The notes under the pieces: generated by a model
What the model was told of the DNA's origin: nothing
Seen by the model: only the letters and a program-made list of their open reading frames with translations
The model's database searches: none
Shown here: positions 28,788-38,479 of the stretch, piece after piece
How the letters are laid out: each line of letters opens with the position of its first letter
Position numbering within the stretch: position 1 is the first letter of the stretch
Translations under genes and position numbers: made by a program
Origin: Leptonemataceae bacterium
Lineage (GTDB): Bacteria > Spirochaetota > Leptospiria > Leptospirales > Leptonemataceae
Direction of reading: 5' to 3'
Assembly: GCA_965227295.1 (NCBI GenBank)
Contig: OZ245742.1
Location: forward strand, 3,040,001 to 3,104,000
DNA: 64,000 bases

Positions 28788-29774
28788 TTAATCTGGAAGC
28801 ACGGATCTGAGTCTATCAAAGTAATTCTGATACACGGGATGATAAGGCCCCAATATCGCATATAAAAAGCTGAGCTTGCCGTTGATATGATGTACCAAAG
28901 ACGGATCGCGATCGCGGTATCGATTCCTATTTGCATATTTCGTTGAGAACTCTTCTTGGGTTTTCTTCAGGTCTTCCTTCCGTATTTTGCTGTAAATCGC
29001 TCTGAGCTCTCTTATGAATTTTCTGCCCGGAGTGACCGAGCTAGTCACTCGTAGGCCGGTGACGATTCCGCCGTTACTACCGTAGTAGAATTTTTGTTTC
29101 CGGCGGTTAATATGAAACCCATTTTCTTGGATGCAGTCCTCTATAGTATTCTGTAGAGATTGAGGTAGTTGGCCCGGGGATGACAGGTATTTCTTACTGC
29201 GGGATGAAAATGTAAGGTCGTCGGCGTAACGAGTATAGAATATCGAATATTCTCGGGCAACGGAGAGAAGATCGCGATCCATACTTCTGCAGACGATGTT
29301 AGACAGGATCGGAGATGCCGGAGAGCCAAGCGGAAGTGCGTTATCCAATGTGCTTAGCCTTGAAATGGCAACCGCGACTTGTTTATTGAAGCAAAAAGGT
29401 CTACCTCTTAGAGCACCGAGCACTCTTCCGAAATTGATAGAACCGAAAAAGTCCTCAAGATCCAGATTTAGAATCCACGCCGCGCCAACGTGCTGCCTGG
29501 CATTCGTGATAATACTCCGGCCAGTTCTGAAACCATGAGTCGAGCCCGGCGCAGTGTACGATTGTTCCAAAAGGGTTTTGATTTTCCTCTGCAAGGCTTT
29601 GAGGTAACTACCCGGGGCCGCAATTTGGCGGGCCTTTCCTTCGTATTTCACAATTTCGTGGCGACTGTAGAAGGAGGGCAGGTAGGCCTTAAATGCAAAG
29701 AACTCTAACCCTTTGTAGCTAACATTCAAAATTTGTGCGAGCTGGTGTAGGTTCCCCGGATAATTCGTTTCCAT
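28788..29774 (-). CDS. Retron-type reverse transcriptase
   Basis: NARQH (retron NAxxH), LDLEDFFGSI, LPLGSPASPILSN, YTRYADDLTFS, VTGL (retron VTG). Start taken at METNYP; ORF open from 29804. Confidence 0.92.
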   Translation of the reverse strand: METNYPGNLHQLAQILNVSYKGLEFFAFKAYLPSFYSRHEIVKYEGKARQIAAPGSYLKALQRKIKTLLEQSYTAPGSTHGFRTGRSIITNARQHVGAAWILNLDLEDFFGSINFGRVLGALRGRPFCFNKQVAVAISRLSTLDNALPLGSPASPILSNIVCRSMDRDLLSVAREYSIFYTRYADDLTFSSRSKKYLSSPGQLPQSLQNTIEDCIQENGFHINRRKQKFYYGSNGGIVTGLRVTSSVTPGRKFIRELRAIYSKIRKEDLKKTQEEFSTKYANRNRYRDRDPSLVHHINGKLSFLYAILGPYHPVYQNYFDRLRSVLPD

Positions 29775-29779
29775 AAGTA

Positions 29780-29945
29780 AAAATAGCCTCGTTAGAGTTC
29801 GCACTCTGATACATCAACCGACTACAGTCAGTCGCAAAGTCACATAAAGCGTTCTCAGGATTCATGTCCTGAATCGGCTGCAGTAACAACAGCCTTGAAA
29901 AACTCTGGAGGCAGTTGCAAATGGGCCTTCCCAATGCTCACATTT
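29780..29945 (-). ncRNA. Candidate retron msr-msd non-coding RNA
   Basis: Hairpins at 29917-29937, 29876-29894, 29855-29872, 29819-29834 and 29794-29807; long-range pairing of 29900-29912 with 29786-29800; immediately upstream of the RT. Confidence 0.6.
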
Positions 29946-30135
29946 ATTGTTATTAGTAGGATCAAAACTAGTTATAGTGGGTTTAGGGTCAATACAATAA
30001 GCCAGCCTGATATCCCGTCGTCTTACTGAAGCTCTCATCCTCCTGTAAAATCTTCCCCATCTGCCACCGCCCGCCAGAATGTCAGCCCCACGCAAAAAAT
30101 CGCAACCGAATCGCCCCATCGGCACGCCTTCTCTC

Positions 30136-30151
30136 CGGCACGCCGGTTGCA
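30136..30151 (+). promoter_or_regulatory. Sigma54 (-24/-12) promoter upstream of hsp20
   Basis: CGGCACG-CCGG-TTGCA matches TGGCACG-N4-TTGCW. Confidence 0.65.
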
Positions 30152-30205
30152 ATCCTCTTACCAACAGCAGCGGCCGACCGCCGCACATAGACTGGAGGAA
30201 CAACA

Positions 30206-30610
30206 ATGGCAGCATTAACGAAATACCGTACCCCGAGTCTCCTGGACCTCTTCTACGATGAAGAGCGGCGCCCGGAAAGCCGGAAGTACCGCCCGGCCGT
30301 AGCCGTACGCAAAAACGAGGCTGAGTATCAGCTCGTCGCCCATCTGCCGGGCGTGCGCAAAGAAGACTTGAACATCGCCGTGGAAGACGGCGTGCTCAAG
30401 ATCAGCGGCAAAGTCGCGGCGCACGCGGCGGAAGGATACGAAACCATCTACGACGAACTGCACGGCGCCGCCGAGTTCGAGCGCAACCTGAAGATCGATG
30501 CACGTCACTTTCAGGTAGATCGCATCGAAGCGAAGTTAAGCGACGGTGTGCTGACGGTAAACCTGCCGGTGGCCGAGGCGGTGAAGCCGCGGCAGATCAG
30601 CGTGGGTTAA
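30206..30610 (+). CDS. Hsp20/alpha-crystallin small heat shock protein
   Basis: LPGVRKEDL, VEDGVLKISG, FER, AKLSDGVLTVNLP; GGAGG RBS. Confidence 0.92.
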   Translation: MAALTKYRTPSLLDLFYDEERRPESRKYRPAVAVRKNEAEYQLVAHLPGVRKEDLNIAVEDGVLKISGKVAAHAAEGYETIYDELHGAAEFERNLKIDARHFQVDRIEAKLSDGVLTVNLPVAEAVKPRQISVG

Positions 30611-30623
30611 GAGAATCAAATAT

Positions 30624-30668
30624 AACCACCGAGGCACCGAGGACACTGAGACCGGTGCCCCGGTGGTT
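30624..30668. terminator. Inverted repeat between convergent genes
   Basis: AACCACCGAGGCACCG...CGGTGCCCCGGTGGTT. Confidence 0.55.
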
Positions 30669-30678
30669 TACCCCTCTT

Positions 30679-31875
30679 TCACTTCAACATCCACCGCACG
30701 TGATTGTAGTTCCACTCGATATCGTCCACCGTGCGTTCGCTTTCCGCGAAGCGGCCGATCTTGCGCGCATCGCAAACATAACCGCCGCGAACCTTTGAAA
30801 GATAGCGCCCGGCCCGTCGTTTCCAGAACCGCCCCAGGCGATCCTCGGCGTAGGTCGCGTCCGCGAGCGGCGAAGGCGGGCACTCCGGATGTTCGCGGAG
30901 CCGCGCAACGATCTCCAGGTAACGCTCGCGAAATTCCGCGCGCGTAAACGCATCGCGGCCCCGCCAATCGTGCAGGACCGCGGCGACGGCGTGACTCGCC
31001 GTGGGGATCGTGTTTTCCGTTAACGTGCGCCGGCCGTCATCTAAGAAATCCTCAATGCGTTCCCGTTCCGGCGGTGACACCGGCGGTCGCAGACGCAGGA
31101 ACGCCGCAATGCGGCCGAAGACGTCCGGGCACAGTTCATCGTAACTCATGGAGCCGAAGATCGTGCGCGCGTTTTTGCGACAGGCGAAGACGCCCATGAA
31201 ATCCTGGAGTTGCAGCACACGACCGTCGTGGCGGTAAGCGCCCTCGGGCATAATGAAAAACAATCGATTGTGATGTTCGAAGTCCTCCTGCACGGCGACG
31301 AGGGAATGCAGCGTCGTGCGGCGCGCGGTTTTGACGAAGGCGTCGTAGCCGAGGCCGGTGAGCCGCCGCCCGGCGAAGATCGTCGGATCATCGTATGCTT
31401 CCCGCTCGGGAACATCGCGTCCTTCGCGGTAGACCGGATGACAGTGCACGCCTTCGAAAATTCGTTTCACGAGCGCGCCGAGGGATTTCGCCGCGCCAAG
31501 GCCGAGCGGCCGGAGCAGCGTGTTCCGCTTGATGAACGGCGGCATGAGATCGCGGTATGGGTAGATGGGACCGAAGAGACCGCCCTGGGCAATGATCGTG
31601 AAGTCCTGGAAGCATTCGATCGGCCGGCCGATCATGAACTCGATGATGGAGTATACGTCGAGGGCCTTCTTGTGCGAGAACGCCAGGATCGGCGCCGGTT
31701 CGTCGCAACGCGGTAGATGTTCGTAGCCGTCGACGTAAAGTTCTTCTAATAAAAGGGGCAGCCGACCAATGCAGCGAAAGCGCGCGCCCCAGCGCACGGC
31801 CGCCGGTCCGACCAGTTTCGCCAGTTCGGCGCGGCGTTGAAGATTGCGACGGGACAGCGGGCGAACGGCGATCAT
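30679..31875 (-). CDS. Glycerolipid acyltransferase (PlsC-like) domain protein
   Basis: HX4D motif (SHKKALD) and MPEG; start uncertain. Confidence 0.7.
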   Translation of the reverse strand: MIAVRPLSRRNLQRRAELAKLVGPAAVRWGARFRCIGRLPLLLEELYVDGYEHLPRCDEPAPILAFSHKKALDVYSIIEFMIGRPIECFQDFTIIAQGGLFGPIYPYRDLMPPFIKRNTLLRPLGLGAAKSLGALVKRIFEGVHCHPVYREGRDVPEREAYDDPTIFAGRRLTGLGYDAFVKTARRTTLHSLVAVQEDFEHHNRLFFIMPEGAYRHDGRVLQLQDFMGVFACRKNARTIFGSMSYDELCPDVFGRIAAFLRLRPPVSPPERERIEDFLDDGRRTLTENTIPTASHAVAAVLHDWRGRDAFTRAEFRERYLEIVARLREHPECPPSPLADATYAEDRLGRFWKRRAGRYLSKVRGGYVCDARKIGRFAESERTVDDIEWNYNHVRWMLK

Positions 31876-31957
31876 GCGAATCAAGGAGTTTGTTCGTTTG
31901 CAGGGGCTACGCAAGCCTTTTTGTTGCGAACACGATGAGAGCGTATAGATCTGGTGC

Positions 31958-33088
31958 GTGCGGGAAACGCTGTTAGAATTCCGAACGCCGGCCGAGCGCC
32001 GCAACTTCTTGCTCGAAGTCAGCGAGGCCTGGCTCCAACCGGAGATCGATTACCACGCGCTCTACAACGGCATCCACGCCCTGCACGCCGAACTCGCCGC
32101 CGTTTCGAAGATTGACGCCTTTGCAGAGGCGCCGCGGCATTCCGAGGAGCACTACGCCACGGCCGGCGGCCTGGGTCTCGCGCCCCGCGAGGCCGCGCTG
32201 TGTTTGCCCGACCTCATGCGCACCAGGCAATTCGCGCGCGGTCTCTACGCGGCGATCCTGGATGCGCGCAAAAAATTCCCCGGTGAAACCGTGCGTGTGT
32301 TGTATGCCGGCACCGGTCCGTATGCGTTGCTGGCCCTGCCGGTACTCGCACGCTTCTCGAGGGAAGAGGTGCGATTTACGATGATCGAAGCCGTGGATGC
32401 AAGCTTCACCGCCGCGCAACGCGTACTGGAAGCCTTCGGCCTTTCGGAGGCGGTGGAACGCTGGTCTCACGGCGACGCCTTTGACTTTGAAAGTGATGAA
32501 CTCTATCATATTTTGCTGAGTGAGACGATGCGCGCGGCGTTGCATGCCGAACCCCAGGTACCGCTCACGTACTGCCTGGATCGTTTCCTGGTGGACGGCG
32601 GTTTCCTGGTGCCGGCCAGGATCCGCGTCGACCTGGCCGTATCGCGCGGGCGTGATTACCGCAGTCTTGGTCCGGCCTTCGTGTGGGATCGTGCCTCCAT
32701 TGCCCGCTTGCGCCGGGAACACAATTACGCGCACCGCCTGGCCGGAGACTTTGCATTCGCGGCAGGATCATTCAACATTCCTCCGGCGGAGGAGCGGAGC
32801 GGTTGCAATTTGCTACGGTTGTATACGATGATCGAAACCCACGCGGATCTCCTACTGAATCCGTATGAATCCGGTCTTACACTTCCCCGTGATCTGTGTG
32901 ATCTGGGCGCCGTGGAGCGAGGCGGTCGTCAATTAGAACGCGTGGAAATACAATACTTCCTGGGGCAACGACCGTTTCTGCGGCGGCGTTATTGCTTCAG
33001 CAACGGTACAGTCTATTCTCAGAATGATTCTAAGGCGCCGCGCCCCGATCTGGAAGACCTGCGTCGACCACCGATCGCGCAAGATTGA
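31958..33088 (+). CDS. SAM-dependent methyltransferase-like protein
   Basis: VLYAGTGP motif I, IEA, GDA, ILLSETM...EPQ, GGFLVP. Confidence 0.7.
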   Translation: MRETLLEFRTPAERRNFLLEVSEAWLQPEIDYHALYNGIHALHAELAAVSKIDAFAEAPRHSEEHYATAGGLGLAPREAALCLPDLMRTRQFARGLYAAILDARKKFPGETVRVLYAGTGPYALLALPVLARFSREEVRFTMIEAVDASFTAAQRVLEAFGLSEAVERWSHGDAFDFESDELYHILLSETMRAALHAEPQVPLTYCLDRFLVDGGFLVPARIRVDLAVSRGRDYRSLGPAFVWDRASIARLRREHNYAHRLAGDFAFAAGSFNIPPAEERSGCNLLRLYTMIETHADLLLNPYESGLTLPRDLCDLGAVERGGRQLERVEIQYFLGQRPFLRRRYCFSNGTVYSQNDSKAPRPDLEDLRRPPIAQD

Positions 33089-33252
33089 GTGCGAATAAGA
33101 ACACGTCTCAGAATCAGCTGTAAGTACGACGTGCATTCGTGTTTTTGCGAATCTTGCTTGCGCTCCGGGGCCCTTCCATTGGATCAGAATAGTACGTCGG
33201 TGAATCACGGAACGCTTTCAGCGCATACCTTCGATCATCGTACGCGTCATTC

Positions 33253-33284
33253 TTATAATTGTTAAATTTCAACAAAAATTATAA
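33253..33284. promoter_or_regulatory. AT-rich inverted repeat upstream of ccoN
   Basis: TTGTT-N7-AACAA flanked by TTATAATT and AATTATAA. Confidence 0.45.
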
Positions 33285-33313
33285 TATGCAACGCAGCACA
33301 CTGGAGACCGCGC

Positions 33314-34729
<1,416 letters not shown>

Positions 34730-34766
34730 CTGCGCCCCGCAGAACGTTAGTAACGGAGAGTAATAC

Positions 34767-35489
34767 ATGAAAGACGATAAAACCGGTTACGAAAACGTCG
34801 ATCCGAAAGACCTTAAGTGGTACGAGAAGCTCAGCGCGAAGGTCGACTCCAACGCGCCGAAGCTCATCATCTGGACGACCATCGCCATTCTCATCGGCGG
34901 TCTGGTGGAAATTCCGCCGTTCTTCATGATGGGCGAGGTCAAACCCATCGCAGGGCTGAAACCGCCGAACGCCATTGAACTGGCGGGTCGCGACGTCTAC
35001 CAGGCCGAGGGCTGTACCTACTGTCATACGCAGATGATCCGCCCGTTCAAATGGGAAACGGACCGCTGGGATCCGAACCGCGAGTACGGTCCCGACCCGT
35101 ACAGCAAGGCCGGCGAGTTCGTTTACGATCACCCCTTCCTGTGGGGCTCAAAGCGCACGGGACCGGACCTGGCTCACGAGGCGTCCATCAACCCCTCGGC
35201 TGCCTGGCACAAGGCCCACCTCATCAATCCGCGCGGAGCGGTGTCGAACTCGGTGATGCCGGCCTATCCCTGGCTCTTTGAACAGGACGTCGACGTCGAA
35301 GAAATTAAAGGTAACATGCGGGCGCTGCGCAGCATCGGCGTTCCGTACTCGGACGCGGACATTGCCGCAGCGGATGAATTGCTCGCGGGCAAAAGCAAAG
35401 GCGACGCCCTCGTGGCCTATATCCTGTCGCTGGGACGTGACACCCGTGTGAATCCGGTGGAAGTGGATTCCACGGCCGTCGCTGACTGA
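34767..35489 (+). CDS. ccoO: cbb3-type cytochrome c oxidase subunit II
   Basis: EGCTYCHTQMIRP, WGSKRTGPDL, SVMPAYPWL. Confidence 0.96.
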   Translation: MKDDKTGYENVDPKDLKWYEKLSAKVDSNAPKLIIWTTIAILIGGLVEIPPFFMMGEVKPIAGLKPPNAIELAGRDVYQAEGCTYCHTQMIRPFKWETDRWDPNREYGPDPYSKAGEFVYDHPFLWGSKRTGPDLAHEASINPSAAWHKAHLINPRGAVSNSVMPAYPWLFEQDVDVEEIKGNMRALRSIGVPYSDADIAAADELLAGKSKGDALVAYILSLGRDTRVNPVEVDSTAVAD

Positions 35490-35515
35490 ACGCTAACTTT
35501 TACGGAGCAAAGACT

Positions 35516-35740
35516 ATGGAATTCGACTACGAAACCTGGGTCGGCATCTACAAGGGGCTGCGTATGCCGCTCCTCGGGATGATCCTCATCTTTATTGCGT
35601 ACTACGTCTATCGTCCGTCCAAGAAAAAGGAGCTGGAACAGGCTCGTTTCAACATGCTGGATGACGACGTGGATCAGGGCCTGGCGGAGAAGTTCGAACG
35701 CCGGGAACAACCCGTGCAGCCCGCGCCGCGAGGGCGCTAA
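35516..35740 (+). CDS. ccoQ: cbb3-type oxidase small subunit
   Basis: Single TM then YRPSKKKELEQA; position in the operon. Confidence 0.8.
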   Translation: MEFDYETWVGIYKGLRMPLLGMILIFIAYYVYRPSKKKELEQARFNMLDDDVDQGLAEKFERREQPVQPAPRGR

Positions 35741-35773
35741 GACGATTGAATTTAACGTTTGTGAGAATACATC

Positions 35774-36319
35774 ATGGCTAAAGACTTTGAAGAATATCCG
35801 GACGACGAAGATATCCACGAGGGGCGGGGCTGGCTTCCGACCTGGTGGACGGTAATGCTCTGGGGCGGTTTTATCATCGCCATCGTTTATTCGATCTACG
35901 TGCACGCGATCCTGGGTTGGACCCAGGGCTCCGGCTATCGCCAGGAGATCGCCACGTTCGAAAAAGAACACCCGCAGATCGAAGTGAGTCTCACCGAAGA
36001 AGGCGTGAACCCGTATCGTGGAGACGAGTCCGCCATCGCCAGCGGGGAGAAGGTCTATGCGGGCACCTGCGCCGCCTGTCATAAGGCGGACATGAGCGGT
36101 CTCATCGGCCCGTCTCTCGCCGACGGCACCTGGTTGCACGGTAACTCGGATGAGCAGGTCTACGAGATCATCATGGAAGGTGTACTCGACGCGAGTAAGT
36201 GGAAGCAGCAGCCGCCGAAAGGACCCATGCCGCCGCACAAGACCAGCCTCGGCGGGCAAAAGGTTCTCCAGGTCATGGCCTTTCTCGCGAGTAAGAACGA
36301 CACGCTGAAAGAAAAATAA
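35774..36319 (+). CDS. ccoP: cbb3-type oxidase subunit III (short, single heme)
   Basis: LPTWW N-terminal motif, one CAACH, GPSL, MPP. Confidence 0.85.
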   Translation: MAKDFEEYPDDEDIHEGRGWLPTWWTVMLWGGFIIAIVYSIYVHAILGWTQGSGYRQEIATFEKEHPQIEVSLTEEGVNPYRGDESAIASGEKVYAGTCAACHKADMSGLIGPSLADGTWLHGNSDEQVYEIIMEGVLDASKWKQQPPKGPMPPHKTSLGGQKVLQVMAFLASKNDTLKEK

Positions 36320-36384
36320 AAACTCAGCGTCGCCAACGAAGAGTGGGGGTACTATAAAAGGGCGCCGCCGCGCCGGAGGACAGC

Positions 36385-37740
36385 ATGGTCATCGCACGGG
36401 AAACTACAGGCAAACACCGCACGATCAAGACGCGCATCAACTACGTGTTGTTTGCATTGTTCTTGATCACTCCGTTCATTCGTATCGGCGAGATACCCCT
36501 GGTGCTCCTCGACATTCCGGAGCGAACCTTTCACATCTTCGGTCTGACGATCTGGCCGCAGGAACTCTACTTCCTGCACATGCTTTTGATCGCCATGGGG
36601 CTCATGCTTTTTTTCTTTACGGCGCTGTCCGGCCGCATCTGGTGCGGCTACGCCTGCCCGCAAACGATCTTCACCGAGGCTTACAACTGGACCGGCCGGC
36701 TCGTCGCCGGCAAGTCCTACGGCCGACCGACGATGAGCAAGGCGGACTGGGCGAAGGTCATCGTCGTCTGGTTCTTTCAGTCGCTGCTGTTCTCGTTCGT
36801 GTTTCTCGCGTACTTCATGCCGTACGAAGAGATTCTCGCGAAGCTGGCGGCGGGGCAGATTTTCGCTCACGAAGGCAGCCTCGTGCCGTCGTTCTGGCTG
36901 GTTTTCCTGAGTGCGTCCACGGCGGTCGCGTTCTTCAACATGGTCTACTATCGGGAAAACCTCTGCAAACTCATTTGCCCGTACGGCCGCTTTCAGACGG
37001 CCCTGCTCGACAAACATTCGCCCATCGTAGCCTACGATGTGAATCGCGGCGAACCGCGCCGCGAGAAAGGGCAGAAGCTCGGTCAACACGACGGCGACTG
37101 CATCGATTGCGGGCTGTGCAACGTTGTCTGTCCCACGGGCATCGATATTCGTGAGGGCCTGCAAATCGGCTGCATTTCCTGCGGCCTCTGCGTCGACGCG
37201 TGTACGGACATTCTGGCGAAGTACAACAAGAAGACGCTCATCGATTACCGGACCATCGCCCAGGCGAACGATCCCGCCGCCCCGCGCAAGTACCTCACGG
37301 CCCGGACCGGGATCTACGGAGCCCTGTTGGTGATCGTTATCGGAATCTTCGGCACGCTGCTGTATTCGCGCATCCCGCTGCACGCTACGGCCGTGCGGGA
37401 CAAGAATCTTACGAACCTCTACATTCCCACCGTCGGCTACCAGAACGTCTACGAGATCCGCGTCGCTAACATGTCTTACAATGAAATTACGGTGAGCGTG
37501 GAACTGGAAAACGGCGGCGAAGAGTTCGAAGTGATTTCCGCCTCGGATACCTACACCCTGGCATCCACGGAGTACGGAGCGTATCGCTTTATTGTGCGTT
37601 ATCCGGCGGAGAGTGACGATCACTCCAGCGCCGATCTGAAGAAGCTGCGCTTTCGGGTGCAGAATGTCGAGAACCCGCAACACGTTACCTACGCGACGAG
37701 TGTTTTCTCGTTCCCGGGGCCGCGCAAGGGCGGTTCGTGA
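36385..37740 (+). CDS. ccoG: Cytochrome c oxidase accessory ferredoxin-like protein
   Basis: GRIWCGYACPQT, CPYGRFQ, CIDCGLCNVVCPTGIDIR, CISCGLCVDAC. Confidence 0.95.
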   Translation: MVIARETTGKHRTIKTRINYVLFALFLITPFIRIGEIPLVLLDIPERTFHIFGLTIWPQELYFLHMLLIAMGLMLFFFTALSGRIWCGYACPQTIFTEAYNWTGRLVAGKSYGRPTMSKADWAKVIVVWFFQSLLFSFVFLAYFMPYEEILAKLAAGQIFAHEGSLVPSFWLVFLSASTAVAFFNMVYYRENLCKLICPYGRFQTALLDKHSPIVAYDVNRGEPRREKGQKLGQHDGDCIDCGLCNVVCPTGIDIREGLQIGCISCGLCVDACTDILAKYNKKTLIDYRTIAQANDPAAPRKYLTARTGIYGALLVIVIGIFGTLLYSRIPLHATAVRDKNLTNLYIPTVGYQNVYEIRVANMSYNEITVSVELENGGEEFEVISASDTYTLASTEYGAYRFIVRYPAESDDHSSADLKKLRFRVQNVENPQHVTYATSVFSFPGPRKGGS

Positions 37741-37764
37741 ATCGCGGAAAATGAGAGGCAAATC

Positions 37765-38283
37765 ATGGGTAAAGAATTACGTCGAGCATTCATCATCATC
37801 GGAGTGTTTTTCCTGACGCTCTTCGCGGGCATCGGCTACACCCTCAAGCTGGCCTTCGAAAATCATCAGCCCGTGCTGGTGGATCGTTACTACGAACGCG
37901 GCCTGGACTACCAAAAACACCTGGACGCTCTGGAGCGCGGTCGCAGCGAGGGCTGGGACTTCGAGGCGCCGATGCTTGAAGACGGCGCGGCCCTGGCCCG
38001 GGGGGAGCAGAACATCGAGGTCCGCCTGGTAAACCGCAAGTCTCCGAAAGTTAGCGAAAAGATCGAAAACGCCTCCGTGCGTCTGACCTTCGATCGCCCC
38101 GCCACGACGGACGGGCGCCAGGAATTCGAGTTCTCCCTGGCCGACGCGCAGAAGTCCGGCGACGGCTACGCTTTTGTCGCCGCGGTGCAACTGCCTCGCC
38201 CCGGGTACTGGGACGTACGTCTGGACGGGACCATCAACGACGGCGCGGACGTATTCCGGCAATCCCGCATTCTGGTACGCTGA
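37765..38283 (+). CDS. ccoH: FixH family protein
   Basis: N-terminal TM, YYERGLDYQ, RPAT, PGYWDV. Confidence 0.8.
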   Translation: MGKELRRAFIIIGVFFLTLFAGIGYTLKLAFENHQPVLVDRYYERGLDYQKHLDALERGRSEGWDFEAPMLEDGAALARGEQNIEVRLVNRKSPKVSEKIENASVRLTFDRPATTDGRQEFEFSLADAQKSGDGYAFVAAVQLPRPGYWDVRLDGTINDGADVFRQSRILVR

Positions 38284-38284
38284 C

Positions 38285-38479
38285 GTGTCCGGTCTTTTGT
38301 TGATGCTGCCCATCGCGGTGGGAATCGCGCTGGTCTTTCTGGGGTTCTTTTTGTGGTCGCTGCGCAACGGCGACTACGAGGACCCGGAGATGATCAAGTA
38401 TCGCATGTTGATGGACGATGACAGCGAGGCCGACGAAAACGTAACGGCTTCGAAGGAATCACAACCGCGCAATGTTTAG
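38285..38479 (+). CDS. ccoS: cbb3 assembly protein
   Basis: GTG start; LLLMLPIAV...FFLWSLRNGDYED...RMLMDD. Confidence 0.85.
   Translation: MSGLLLMLPIAVGIALVFLGFFLWSLRNGDYEDPEMIKYRMLMDDDSEADENVTASKESQPRNV

Noticed and set aside
28739..28936. 65-aa ORF across the RT/protease junction, suggesting a frameshift or small accessory gene
   Set aside because: RT and protease are already in the same frame, so no shift is needed; the peptide has no recognisable features
28788..29804. RT as a group II intron, DGR or CRISPR-associated RT
   Set aside because: Has retron NAxxH and VTG motifs; no maturase/endonuclease domain, template-variable repeat pair or cas genes seen
28062..30100. Island as an IS, prophage or integrative element
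   Set aside because: No integrase, terminal inverted repeats, flanking direct repeats or tRNA found by eye
35774..36319. Single-heme CcoP as a truncated pseudogene
   Set aside because: ORF is intact with a normal stop and spacing; short mono-heme CcoP variants are known
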